A stretch of DNA of 63,748 nucleotides, filler included, from Chiloscyllium plagiosum (GCF_004010195.1; 4 parts of one record of this genome joined end to end with filler, not necessarily neighbours in it); one strand, 5' to 3'. Shown: positions 49,780-62,179, counted from the first letter of the whole stretch. Numbers and translations: made by a program. Notes: a model not told the origin generated them from the sequence alone.

Positions 49780-51000
49780 CCTTGTTTATCCTGTCCAAGT
49801 GCATCACCTCTTATTTACCCAATTGAATTGATTTGCTACTGATCAGCATATCTGACCAGCTCAAGCTTATCCTCATGTAATCTAAGCTATCCTCCTCTAG
49901 ATTTACTATGTGACCAATTTTTTGTATTTTGTTTGAATTTGCTCATCAACCCTCCTACGTTCAAACATAAACCATTTATATTAACAATAACCATTAAGAT
50001 TTTCAATATTGACTACTGTCTGATCGCATTGGCTGCAGTCTTCCAGTCAGAAAATCGACCCTCAGCCCTCTGCCACCATCACTCAGCCAATATCGGAAGG
50101 ATGTTGTGAAACTTGAAAGGGTTCAGAAAAAATTTACAAGGGTTGGAGGTTTTGAGCTGTAGGGATAGGCTCAGTAGGCTGGGGCTGTTTTCCCTGACAT
50201 GTCGGAGGCTGAGGGGGTGACCTTATAGAGGTTTATAAAATCATGAGTGGCATGGTCTTTTTCCTGAGTGGGCGAGTCCAGAACTAGAGGTCATAGGTTT
50301 ATGGTGAGAGGGGAAAGATGTAAAAGGGACCGAAGGGGCAACTTTTTCATGCAGAAGGTGGTGCGTATATGGAATCATCTGCCAGAGGAAGTGGTGGAGG
50401 CTGGAACATTTATAGTATTCTGACAGATCTCTGGCACCTATCCTGTGGCCAGAGAGGAATTGAAAATTTTTACAAGCACCCCGCTATTTCCTCTCTTGCT
50501 ATTACTGAACAACTTGGGATGCCCATCATCCAGCCCTAGAGATTGATCTACTTTTAAGCCTGCTCTCTGTGTATGCTAATTTCTTTAGTTATAATCATAC
50601 CTTTTCTCACTCTATAACCTCTTGTCCTAGATTATCCCACAAGAGAGAACATCTGCTCGATGTCCCCTCATGCACTCTCAGCCATGTGATGGCTCCTGTT
50701 TTGATTATTAAATTCACCCCAGATGGCTTTATTTATGGAGCTTTCTAAGATGTCATCCCTGCTTACTGCTGTAATTGATTCTGATCTAAATTTCAACACT
50801 GCATCCTCTTTTATGCCCTTCCCTGGCTCGCCTGAAGACCACATGTCATAGAATATAGAGCTGTTGGTCTCGCGACAGCAATGACATCTTACACATGTTT
50901 TTTTTTGTGTCCTCAACTCATCTGGCTTGTTCATCAAACTCCTTATATTAAAATAAATATTATCCACCCTTGCTAAATTGCCCCTGCTAAACATTCTCTC
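49780..51000. mobile_element. CR1 fragments in both orientations
   Basis: Plus-strand HER1-like piece at about 50090-50410 within decayed minus-strand CR1. Confidence 0.6.
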
Positions 51001-51589
51001 TGAATTCCACCCAACCCTATAGGAGCAGTCAGGCAACACCAATCCTATACAGTAATGGGTCAAAATTTATAATGTAGAATATTTAAATAATTTGGCAACT
51101 TGACATTTCCAAAGATCATATCCATAATGTACTACTAACATGGAAAGTCACTAAAATGTTCTCATGACAAAACTCATCTGTTGAAGGGAGGGCATTTAGG
51201 CATTGACTTATTGTGGCATGAGTGTCCTTGCTTAAAAATCTTTTCAGGACAAACCAGAGGCCCTGTGAAGCTAGAGTCTATGGCTGGGATTTTAGTACAA
51301 ACCCCTGATGTGCTTGTGGACAGATGAAAAAAATGCATATGTTACTGATAAGTAATTCTCATTCAGCTCTTCATACTAAATGGCAGACTTAAGCTCATAA
51401 AAATAAGAGGATGTTGCTTATCTTTGGAGATTTTCATTTGTTAAATAAAATTTTAAAATCTTATGCACATTCATGTCTGCTGCTAACAATTTCAAGGGGA
51501 CACCACACCTGTCCCAGAGACAAACCTGAAACTCAGGTCTAAAACAACATTGAATTTTTTAAAATCTAAAACACCTCATAGATCATAGA

Positions 51590-51911
51590 ATCCCCACAAT
51601 GTGGAAACAGGCCATTTAGCCCAACAAGTCCACACCAACTCTCCAAAGAGTATCCCACCCAGGTCCATTGCCCTACCATATTACTGTACATTTCCTCTGA
51701 CTAATGCACCTAACCTACACATCTCTGAACACTGTGGGCAATTTCGCATGGCCAATTCACCTAACCCGCACATTTTTGGATTGTTGGAGGAAACCACACA
51801 CACGGGAGACATAGTAAGAATGTACGAACTCCACACTGACAGTCACCCGAGTCTGGAGTCGAACCTGGATCCCTGCATTGTGAGGTTGCAGTTCTAACCA
51901 CTGAGCCACCT
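51590..51911 (-). mobile_element. HE1-type V-SINE (diverged)
   Basis: Tail, V-domain and head are recognisable. Confidence 0.8.
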
Positions 51912-52479
51912 TGTTACCCATTATTTGTACATTATTTGGTTTGGAAAAAAATCCTGAATAAATGACATGACTCACCCTAACAGACAGAAATATTATTAAA
52001 GGTTAAGCTGGCAGACTTTCAGAAAATTAAAATTAATCTATGATGCTTCTGTTAAATCATGAGCTCTTTCTTTTCAGTTGTGCAGAGATTAGACTGGACA
52101 TACATTTATCCTTTAAATAGATCATAGGAAATTACGGTTTTAAATATCAAAACTGTTTCTCATACCGATTTAGAATTCATCACACACAGTAACAAAATAC
52201 TTTTTGATACTTCCAAGATTATAATAGATTATTCAGAGTGTGGTTTATATATCAATCCCTCACTATTTAATGGTGTATGGAGGATGCCTGTTTTAACAAT
52301 GCTCGTTACAATGTTCGGTTAGAATTCTTTAGTTGCAGTCTGTCCTTTAACTGAAACAGCTCTTGTCGCTCAGACATATTTTATTAATGTCAATTGACAC
52401 TTTGTCAGTTTAGTTTTTTTGTGCTTTGGTGTGTTTGTTAATCCTTTTGTCTGTCTGATTAGGATTAAGAACTAGATTT

Positions 52480-52643
52480 TGAATCCTGCATGGTTCTGTT
52501 GAAATTACCAATGAAGAAAGTGTGCTTTGATAAAATTACATGGCTGTTTTCAGTCTTTTTATTAACACTTACCTACCTTTCTTATTCTCTCTTCTTGTTT
52601 TTCTTTCCTTTTGCTATGCTTCCTTGGATGCTCTCTCTAAAAG
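52480..52643 (+). promoter_or_regulatory. Microexon 3' splice-site region: candidate branch point, long polypyrimidine tract, UGC motifs and an upstream UGCAUG
   Basis: TTAAC near 52562. Pyrimidine tract about 52570-52638 containing three TGC motifs (ttgctatgct...gatgct). TGCATG at 52487-52492. UGC near the acceptor is the known SRRM3/4 signature. Confidence 0.65.
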
Positions 52644-52655
52644 GAGGACAAAGTG
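52644..52655 (+). CDS. RIMS1: 12-nt microexon encoding EDKV of the RIMS1-like gene
   Basis: ...ctctctctaaaAG|GAGGACAAAGTG|GTtaga. Phase 0 continues ...LRSNN into EDKV, as in RIM1alpha (RSNN-EDKV-VMWVC). A long polypyrimidine tract lies upstream. Confidence 0.9.
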
Positions 52656-52842
52656 GTTAGATTTCATGCTTTTTCTATTTTGGTTCTTTTTTCTATTATT
52701 AATACAGGAATGGAAAAGCTAAAGGTGTCTAACTGCAATGTGTGTAAAGGAATTTAAATAGATCATTACTCAAGTCTAAAGTATGCCCCTTACATGAAGA
52801 AATGTTTGCTAATTTGAAATGGGAATTAATTATGCAACTACC

Positions 52843-52848
52843 TGCATG
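52843..52848 (+). promoter_or_regulatory. Downstream RBFOX motif TGCATG
   Basis: Exact TGCATG about 190 nt 3' of the microexon, in repeat-free sequence. Function is inferred. Confidence 0.4.
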
Positions 52849-53184
52849 CTCTAATATCAGCTATAATATGAGCGTGTAGGTTTTAATCTGGGACAGTGCA
52901 TCACTTTTGTAACTTAGACAACCACCAGGAATTTGTTAGTCAGAATCATTTTCACTTCAGTACAGCAATCCGATATCCACTCTCCCATGTGAAAAATGCT
53001 TACTTTCATTCAGTTCATTCCAACTATCTTTGAGCTCCATCCTCAGAACTGGAACAATGTTAATACCTAGCACTTCTGGTTATTTCCTCGTGGAATGTGA
53101 ATGTTGTTGGCAAAACCAATATTGATTGCTCATCTCCAGCTGCTCTTGAGAAAATAATGGTGAGCCACCTTCTTGAATATCAGA

Positions 53185-53550
53185 TTCTGAAAGGGCTTGA
53201 CAGGAAGATGCTGAGAGGATGTTTCCCTTCTTAGAGTTGGGGGAGGGAATGTCTCATAATAGGGATGCACTTTCAGAATAAGCTGACTCTTATTTATGAT
53301 GGTGATATGGAGAAATATCTCCGCTCAAAGGGCAATAAATGTGTGGAATTCTCTCCCCCAGAAAACAATGGAGGCCACTGAATATATTGAAGACTGAGTT
53401 AGACAGATTCTTGATTGAGAAAGAAACCTTAGATTGTGGAGGAGTAGGCAGGAAATTGAATTTAAGGCTACATCAAATCAACCATGATTTTATTGATTGG
53501 TCGAGCAGGCTCGATGGGATGAATGGCTCATGTCCTGTTCTTATTTCTTA
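53185..53550 (+). mobile_element. CR1 3' end
   Basis: tgtggaattctctcccccag...; CR1 3' UTR. Confidence 0.65.
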
Positions 53551-54846
53551 GAAGAAGTGGCTCGCTCAACCATTTTAGTGCAAAGAGTCAACCACAATGG
53601 AATTAACTAGGTAATGACAGGACATTTCCTTTCCTAAAGAATGCCAGTTAAAACAAGATGGCTGTTTACTACAAACAGTGATCATTTCCTGGTTGCTGTC
53701 AGTGAGAATAGTGTTATACTCCACATGTACTTAATTAACTGCCTTTAAATTCCCCAAGTACAGTGATCCTTTTTGAACTCAAGTCCCCAGATCATTATTC
53801 TTGGCCTCTGAATTAATTATACAAAAACATTCTCACTATATTTCCATACATAATACTGATTCTTACACAAAACACTACTCAGGAAACTGTGGGAGGCAGT
53901 CTAATAGTGCTGCATATTGGTGTACTGTGATGATTTCATTCGTTGATGAGAGATGGATTCGTATTCTTAATTACCTAATTTGATACACTGTTAGCAAATA
54001 GCACGGTAGACTGTCAAATGAGTGAGCAATGGTAGTATGCCAGAAGACCTGGGTTATGTCTGCCTTGTCCAGAGATATGTAATGACATCTCTGAACAAGT
54101 TCATTTTAATGAACGAAATGTGTTTGTAATCCGACGTGAAAAGATGAGGAATGGAATGAGCGAAGAAAAGTAAAAACCATAAAAATGTGTTATGAAACAA
54201 AGGAGAGGAACCTTTTCAAAACCATAAATACGTACCACGTAAAATGTGTATTTATCTGGTACCTTTAGAGTAACAAAGATCCCAAAAGACTTCATAAATC
54301 ATTATAAAACAAAATGTAACCCTGAGGAGATGTTAGTCTGGATTTTCCAAGAAACAGCAATTCCTATTATGGATCCCATGCTGCTCTGTCTGTTTCCCAA
54401 GCAACTCAAAGAGGAAAGGGGCGATGATACCAAATTTGAAGAAAGGAAAAACAACACCCGAGGAATGTTAATATATTAGCTAACAGTGATCAGAAGGGCT
54501 CTTATGAAACAGGAAGCCTGGTTCAAATCTCACCTACTTCAGAGATGAATAATATGAGGTTAAATACAAAAAACAAAAAAAAGTTGTCAGAGGGGCTCTT
54601 GTGATGCAGGAGTATTGTCCCTACTGTAGGGACGCAGAGGGTGGTGGTTGATGGGAAGTATTCATCCTGGAGTTCATTTACTAGTGGTGTACTGCAAGGA
54701 TTTGTTTTGGGTCCACTGCTATTTGTCATTTTCATAAATGACCTGGATAAGGACATTTGCGGATGATACTAAGGTCAGTAGAATTGTGGATAGTGACGAA
54801 GGATGCTGCAGGTTACAGGGGGACATAGATAAGCTACAGAGCTCGA

Positions 54847-54974
54847 GGTAAAAACAATGACTGCAGATGCTGGAAACCAGATTCTGGATCAGTGGTGCTG
54901 GAAGAGCACAGCAATTCAGGCAGCATCCGAGGACAGGCAAAATCGACGTTTCGGGCAAAAGCCCTTCATCAGGA
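54847..54974 (-). mobile_element. PLE pseudo-LTR with an intact hammerhead core (54942-54974), truncated by a gap
   Basis: Reverse complement c-CTGATGA-a-gggc-tttt-gccc-GAAAC-GTC-gat. Confidence 0.8.
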
Positions 54975-55074
54975 NNNNNNNNNNNNNNNNNNNNNNNNNN
55001 NNNNNNNNNNNNNNNNNNTTAATTAATTAANNNNNNNNNNNNNNNNNNNNNNNNNNNNNNNNNNNNNNNNNNNN
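54975..55074. other. Assembly linker: 44 N + TTAATTAATTAA + 44 N
   Basis: Identical to 29454-29553. Confidence 0.97.
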
Positions 55075-56289
55075 TTTGGAGAGGGTGCAGAGAAGGTTTA
55101 CCAGGATGTTGCCTGGAATGGAGAGGAAGTCGTACGAGGATAGGTTGAGAGTTCTCGGCCTTTTCTCGTTGGAACGGCGAAGGATGAGGGGTGACTTGAT
55201 AGAGGTTTATAAGATGATCAGGGGAATAGATAGAGTAGACAGTCAGAGACTTTTTCCCCGGGTACAACAGAGTGTTACAAGGGGACATAAATTTAAGGTG
55301 AAGGGTGGAAGGTATAGGGGAGATGTCAGGGGTGGGTTCTTTACCCAGAGAGTGGTGGGGGCATGGAATGCGCTGCCCGTGGGAGTGGTAGAGTCGGAAT
55401 CATTGGCGACCTTTAAGCGGCATTTGGATAGGTACATGGATGGGTACTTAATCTAGGTTAGAAGTTCGGCACAACATCGTGGGCCGAAGGGCCTGTTCTG
55501 TGCTGTATTGTTCTATGTTCTATGTTCTATTTTGGGAAAGCAAATCTTGGCAGGACTTATACACTTAATGGTAAGGTCCTCTGGAGTTGCTGAATAAAGA
55601 GACCTTGGAGTGCAGGTTCATAGCTCCTTGAAAGTGGAGTTGCAGGTAGATAGGATAGTGAAGAAGGTGTTTGGTATGCTTTCTTTTATTGGTTAGAATA
55701 TTGAGTACAGGGGTTGGGAGGTCAGGTTGCGGCTGTACAGGACATGGTTAGACCACTGTTGGAATATTGTATGCAATTCTGGTTTCCTTCCTATCGGAAA
55801 GATGTTGTAAAACTTGAAAGGTTCAGAAAAGATTTACAAGGATGTTGCCAGGGTTGGAGGATCTGAGCTATGGGGAGAAGCTGAACAGGCTGGGGCTGAT
55901 TTCTCTGGAGCGTCGGAGGCTGAGGAGGTGACCTTGTAGAGGTTTACAAAATTATGAGGGGCATGAATAGGAAAATAGATAAAGTCTTTTCCCTGGTGTG
56001 GGGGAGTCCAGAACTAGAGGGCAAAGGTTTAGGTTGAAAGGAGAAAGATATAAAAGAGTCCTAAGGGGAAACGTTTTCACGCAGAAGGTGGAATGAGCTG
56101 CCAGAGGAAGTAGTGGAGGCTGGTACAATTGCAACATGTTAAAAGCATTTGGATGGGTATATGAATAGGAAGGGTTTGGAGGGATATGGGCCAGGTGCTG
56201 GCAGGTGAGACTAGATTGGGATGGGGTAGCGGACGGGTTGGACCGAAGGGTTATTTCCATGCAGTACATCTCTATGATTCTATGAATTA

Positions 56290-57908
56290 TGTTCTGTTTG
56301 GCAAAACGTTATGTCTTTAGGATTTGATGCTGACATAGCTGCATTGGTGGGGCAGTGCCCAGAGTGCCAACAAGGACATAAATTACTGCCAGCAGCGGCC
56401 TCACATTTGTGGGAATGGCGGAGTAAACCTGGGCGTGTTTACACATTGACTTTACCAGTCATCTCAAGGGTTCAATATTTGTGGTCATTGCGGATACCCA
56501 TTCAAAGTGGTTGGACATGCATAGACTTGATTTGACAAACTCTGGAATGACAGTTGAAAAGCTGCGAGCATTATTCACGATACATAAATTCCTAGAAGTA
56601 TTGCTCATGGACGATGGGATGTCTTTTACCTGCATAGATTTCAAGCCTTTCCAAAAGTCATGTTTGGACAGCTCCATATACCATCCATTGTCTAATGGTC
56701 AGGTAGAAAGAGCAGTCCAAACCTTGAAAGAAGGTTAAGAAAATAGCCCCCAGCTTCACTCAATACCAAACTGTCCTGGTTTCTCTTTGAAGATAAAACC
56801 ACTCCTTACGCAACTTCAGGGATAGCTCGAGCAGAGTTGCTGAAATGGAGAAGACTCCACACCAGACCAGGTTGAACCTGATATTCTGGGACCTGTGGGG
56901 GGGGTTAAATGGCAGCACGAATTCCAAAGCTGGACACAAGACTCCACTAATCGAGAGAGAGTTTATTACAGGGGACGAAGCTTGATGTCCAACCGCAGAA
57001 ATGGCCCTTCATTGGTACAAAGTGAGGTCAGTGCAAGGCCTGGTCCCATGAGATACAAAGTTTGGGCAGGAGAGGCGATCTTGAACAAACATCTGGATCA
57101 CCTGAAAGCTGCAAGCTTGAAAATGGCTGTACCAAAACATTTGTGGCCCTTCAGAACAGCCAGAAAGACTGTCAGAAACTGCAGGTTTTCCTCCTCTATC
57201 TAACGTTGAGAAAATCTCAGAATTTGAGGTGGATTCAGCATCAATATTGTTATCACCTGAATAAGAGCAAGAAACTCACCGGAGACGCTCAGACGCAAGA
57301 GACGGGTTATGATCTAGTATACACCGACTGTGTCTGAGTCAGGAACAGAGGAACTGGAGCTGGGACAAAAACATCCAAGGAGAAGCTTTAAGAAAAAGAA
57401 TGGCCCTTCATGCCTGGACTTGGGGGAGAGGGAAGTAGTAATTGGAATGAGGGCCAGATGGATCCCATTGACTATCAGATACTTGATTCGGGTGATAAAT
57501 CTGGCCAAACACGGAGCTGTGGTTGACAGATATAAACAGGAGATTTCACTGGCCACTTGGGTGTTTCCTTTCTTCCTGGTGGTGGAAACTAAATAAAGAA
57601 TCGTACACCTTGTGTCTTTCACTGTGTCTCTCACCTGCACACACACAACCTGGGTGCTGGGGAAAAAAATAAGCAGTACCGCAGTTAGGCGGTAGTGTGG
57701 GGAATTTAGATTTAAAAAAAGGAGTGCCCGAGGTTCTGTTCACTTTGAGAGCTGGCTCTAAAAGAGGATAAAAAATAAATAAACGGGATTCAGAAAGTCT
57801 CTATATTCTATAGACTGACTCTGAGCTGGCTGGTCTGAACACTTGTACAGTTCACATGTAAATAAAGGGTAACGTGGTCCAGAATACCATCCAACTGCAG
57901 TTATTTCA
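56290..57908 (+). mobile_element. Ty3/Gypsy remnant: integrase, polypurine tract and 3' LTR (about 57434-57908)
   Basis: VGQCPECQ...HLWEW; IADTHSKW...YHPLSNGQVERAVQTLK. Polypurine tract gggggagaggga at 57422-57433, AATAAA at 57861, end ...tttCA. Confidence 0.75.
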
Positions 57909-58069
57909 AAATAGGACCAAAATAAGTTTCTAACTACAAGTTTGAAAAACGAGGTTTGCAGTGATATTTATAACTTCAAAGACTTTTGAAGACCATTTTT
58001 CTTAGAAGTATTATTTTGTGTCACTAGCAGGTTATAAATCTTTGCTTGGTATTGACACCAAAAGTGCTT

Positions 58070-58400
58070 TTATTTTTATTTATTCATGGAATGAGGGTAT
58101 CTCTGGCTGGAATAGCATTTATTGCCCATTCCGAATTGCCCAGAGGGCTGTTAAGAATCAACCACATTGCTGTGGGTTTGGAGTCACCTGCAGTCCAGAC
58201 CAGGTAAGAATGGTAGTTCCCTTCATTAAAGGACATTTGTTAACCAGACGGGTCGTTACAATAATTGATAGAGGAATCATGGTCATTATTAGACTCTTAA
58301 TTCCTGGTTTATATTGAATTCAAATGGCACTTTCTGCCATAGTGAGATTCAAACCCAGAAAATTGCCCAGCGATACTATGACTAGGCCATTACCACCTCT
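58070..58400 (-). mobile_element. DeuSINE-like copy
   Basis: Reverse complement resembles 14480-14765. Another diverged copy lies at about 53560-53820. Confidence 0.55.
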
Positions 58401-58512
58401 TAAACTTGCAATAATAAGTAGGGAAGAACATTTTTACGAATAAATCAACAAAGTGACAGATTCAAAATATTAACCTGGCTCAGTTATAATAAATATTATT
58501 ATTCAAAATATG

Positions 58513-58737
58513 TTTGTGCATTCTCCCTGTGCCTGTGTGTTTTCCTACCAGAGTCCAGAGATGTGCAGGTCAGGTGGATTGGCCATGCTAAATTGCCCAT
58601 TGTGTCCAGGAATATGCAGGCTAAGTGGATTAGCCATAGAAATGCAGGGGTATAGGGATGGCTTTAGTGGGATGCTGTTTGGAGGGACAGTGTGCACTTG
58701 ATGGGCGAACGACCTGCTTCCATAATGTAGGAATTCT
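58513..58737 (+). mobile_element. Partial V-SINE
   Basis: gatgtgcagg...attggccatgctaaattgccc V-domain. Confidence 0.7.
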
Positions 58738-59039
58738 CTTATAGTACTAAATTTGGTAAGTTTACAAAAACTTTAATTTTATGATGGGGCATTTCAACTT
58801 CATGAGTCACTTCATTTTTTGAATTATAAATTGCATGGTGGTGAAAGTTATCAACAGAAAGAATAATACTTCTGTCTAATGGAATATTGATATTGTCATA
58901 TTTGTAGTCGGATAGAAATAAAGTTACCTGATCGAAACAGGTGACACAACTGGTCCATACTGGTGTTCATCCACGATAGCATCATATTGTGGCTGCAGGC
59001 ATCTTATGTGTCATCTCCCCCAACAGCCAGGATGAGTTA

Positions 59040-59390
59040 TGAACATGAAAACAGTCCCTTCAGTCCAGCATGTCCATGCAACTTGATATCGTAAATTATT
59101 TGAGTCCAATTTGCCAGCATTTGGCCCATATTGCTCTATACCCTTCCTATTCATGTAATCATCTAAATGCCTTTTACTTCTTGTAATTGTACCAGCCAGT
59201 GCCACATCCGTTAGGAGCTCATTCCATACATGCACCACCCTCTGCATGAGTAAGTTCCATGGGTGCCTTTTAAATCATTCCTGTCTCACTTTAAACATAT
59301 GCCCTGTGGTTTTAGACTCCCCTACTCTGGGGAAAAGATCTTGGCCATTATCCCGATCCATATCTCTCATGATTTTATAAATTTATATAA
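59040..59390 (-). mobile_element. CR1 3' end
   Basis: MQRVVHVWNELL...KRHLDDYMNRKG. Confidence 0.8.
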
Positions 59391-59904
59391 GATGTAGGGT
59401 AATTCATAATATTTATCACTGAGTAGATCCCCTAATGTGACTCTCATATCTGCAATAAAATAGTTCTTGTGTCAAATGTTAAAGTGCATGAGGTAATAGA
59501 ACTGTTCACTGTATCACAGTCAGTGTATTGCTAATGCTGGTCCATGCTCTTCACACATATGCATTGTGTTTTCAATATAAGCTGCTGGCACATGCACCAT
59601 CTCTGACATTGATGCAGCACTGTTCTAAACATCAGCTTATAACTCTGCCATTTCATATTGACACTTCACTGTTTACTATGCTTTTGCCTTGCCTTCTGTG
59701 GTAAAGTAATCCACAAGCTGCCTGCCTTTCCTTCTGCCCTACAACGCTATTCCAATACAAAAGCTAGTGTTTGATCTTGTCTCCAAAAATGTTATCTGTG
59801 AAACTATAGCTGGAGTGTTATCATTCTCCATTTGAGAAGAACAAGGCCAAGAACACAGCCTACCTTGGTCTGCAAGGATGTCAACTGCAAATGTGCAAGT
59901 TTGA

Positions 59905-60075
59905 TTTGTTTTATTATTGTCACATACACTGAGATACAGTGAAGGATATTGTTTTGCATGCTATCCAGGCAAATCATATTTTACATAAGTATATCAGAGG
60001 TAATAGAACAGAATGTCGAATATAGTGTTATAGCTACAGAGAAGGTGCAGAGAAAGATCAACTTTAATATATGTA
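59905..60075 (-). repeat. Rex1-like 3' tail
   Basis: Similar to 7485-7560 and 23200-23340. Confidence 0.5.
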
Positions 60076-60418
60076 AGTTACAGTGGAAGTGAAGTCAGGG
60101 ACCGTCCAGATATCTCAGGAGAGGAAGCCAAAGCTAAATACTCACTCTAACTGGTAAAGTTAGAGCAAAGTTGACAGGCACACACTTAGACTGCAGTTGA
60201 GTTTCTGAAGTGTCAAGTATCTCTATTGAGGAGAAGGTAATTGGGGAACGTCAGTTAATTTTAGCAAGTTGTATAATTAATATGTTGCAAATGCAACAAT
60301 AGAGGCTTCTCACCACCTAAGAAAGGAGGATTTAATTGCAGAAGTTGATTTCAACAGCAGGAATATGATTTTTAACTCGAGCTCAATTAAGTTATCACAT
60401 TTCCTATAATTCTAAGCA

Positions 60419-61056
60419 GAGAAAATGAGGTCTGCAGATGCTGGAGATCAGAGATGGAAATGTGTTGCTGGAAAAGCGCAGCAGGTCAGGCAGCATCTAG
60501 GGAACAGGAGAATCGACGTTTCGGGCATTAGCCCTTCTTCAGGAATGAGGAAAGTTTGTCCAGCAGGCTAAGATAAAAGATGTGTCGGAGGGACTTGGGG
60601 GAGGGACGTCGGAAATGTGATAGGTGGAAANNNNNNNNNNNNNNNNNNNNNNNNNNNNNNNNNNNNNNNNNNNNTTAATTAATTAANNNNNNNNNNNNNN
60701 NNNNNNNNNNNNNNNNNNNNNNNNNNNNNNACCACCCTGTGGCTCAACACTTCAACTCCCCCTCCCACTCCACCAAGGACATGCAGGTCCTTGGACTCCT
60801 CCATCGCCAGACCATAGCAACACGACGGCTGGAGGAAGAGCGCCTCATCTTCCGCCTATGAACCCTCCAACCACAAGGGATGAACTCAGATTTCTCCTTT
60901 TATCTTAGCCTGCTGGACACACTTTCCTCATTCCTGAAGAAGGGCTCATGCCGAAACGTCGATTCTCCTGCTCCTTGGATGCTGCCTGACCTGCTGCGCT
61001 TTTCCAGCAACACATTTTCAGCTCTGATCTCCAGCATCTGCAGTCCTCACTTTCTC
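60419..61056. mobile_element. Two inverted PLE ends around an assembly linker, each with a hammerhead (60512-60545 minus; 60931-60963 plus)
   Basis: VAQHFNSPSHSTKDMQVLGLLH...LEEERLIFRL; CTGAAGA...GAAACGTC on both arms. Confidence 0.8.
60631..60730. other. Assembly linker: 44 N + TTAATTAATTAA + 44 N
   Basis: Identical to 29454-29553. Confidence 0.97.
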
Positions 61057-61257
61057 CTCTATGTTTTAGGAGAGACAAGGTACACTTTAGTGGAGGAAAA
61101 GCGCTCTTTAGGATTTTGAAAAGACATGGTAGTGTGTAAAGTGCATAGGCTCATTGGAAGTTAATCAATGAAATTTATGTTTTATAAGTCATTGTGCTTT
61201 TAAGTGGCATGTCTGGTTTCATAAGGGATTTGACAAAGCAATTTCAATGTACTGAAT

Positions 61258-61447
61258 AAAAACCAAAAGATCTGCGGATGCTGTAAATCAGAAACAAAAA
61301 CAGAAATTGCTGGAAAAGCTCAGCAGGTCTGGCAGCATCTGTGGAGAGGAATCAGAATTAATATTTCAGATGCGAAATGTTAACTGTTGTTTCTCTCCGC
61401 AGATGCTGCCAGACCTGCTGAGCTTTTCCAGCAATTTCTGTTTTTGT
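61258..61447. mobile_element. Short palindromic PLE pseudo-LTR insertion
   Basis: acaaaaacagaaattgctggaaaagctcagcaggtctggcagcatctg has a perfect reverse complement at about 61400-61447. Flanks are caatgtactgaat and caacatattgaat. Confidence 0.75.
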
Positions 61448-61903
61448 CAACATATTGAATGTTTGTTTTGTATCAGAGTTTCTTTCTGTCAGTGACATCT
61501 TCATCAATAAACTACTAATTTTATTTTCTGTCAGAGTGTCTTGTGAGTTTGTTCATGTTGGGCAACAGATGAGTTGGTAGTGAAAGGGAAGGGCAAAACG
61601 GAGAAGATAGGAGTAGTCACTGAGTTGGCAAAAGGGTTATAAAGGGCAATGAGGATGACTAGGGACATATGGGAAATGAGGGACCATGTGGGATTAAGAC
61701 AGGGACATAGAGTGGCATAGCAATGTGATGGGCCATGGAGTTAGATTCAGGTGCACTTAGTTTCTGCGGCAATATGAGGAACTTGGTGCAGGTGCATATA
61801 CTGACATCGATGGGAAGATAAAGTGATGGTTTAATGTTTTAGGTTAATTTTTTTAAAACTTTGAACATAAGGCTGGAGCTCCAAGGCATGTTTTCCACCC
61901 AGC

Positions 61904-62179
61904 CGATTAGATTAGTTACAGTGTGGAAACAGGCCCTTCAGCCCAACAAGTCCACACAGATGCGCAAACCACCCAGACCCATTCCCCAACATTTACCCCT
62001 TCACCTAACACTACGGGCAATTTAGTATGGCCAATTCACCTAACATTTTTGGACTGTGGGAGCAAACCCACGCAGACACAGGGAGAATGTGCAAACTCCA
62101 TACAGTCAGTCGCCTGAGGTGGGAATTGAACCCAGGTCACTGGCGCTGCAAGGCAGCAATGCTAACCACTGTGCCACCC
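61904..62179 (-). mobile_element. HE1-type V-SINE
   Basis: Tail, V-domain and head. Confidence 0.85.

Larger units (their letters stand above)
54625..56285 (+). mobile_element. CR1 fragments, including a young copy with a (TTCTATG)n tail at 55075-55530
   Basis: ORF 55076-55456 ERVQRRFTRMLPGM...FTQRVVGAWNALP. Confidence 0.85.

Noticed and set aside
52540..52722. 60-aa hydrophobic ORF resembling a membrane peptide
   Set aside because: Produced by the T-rich splice tracts around the microexon and read in a different frame.
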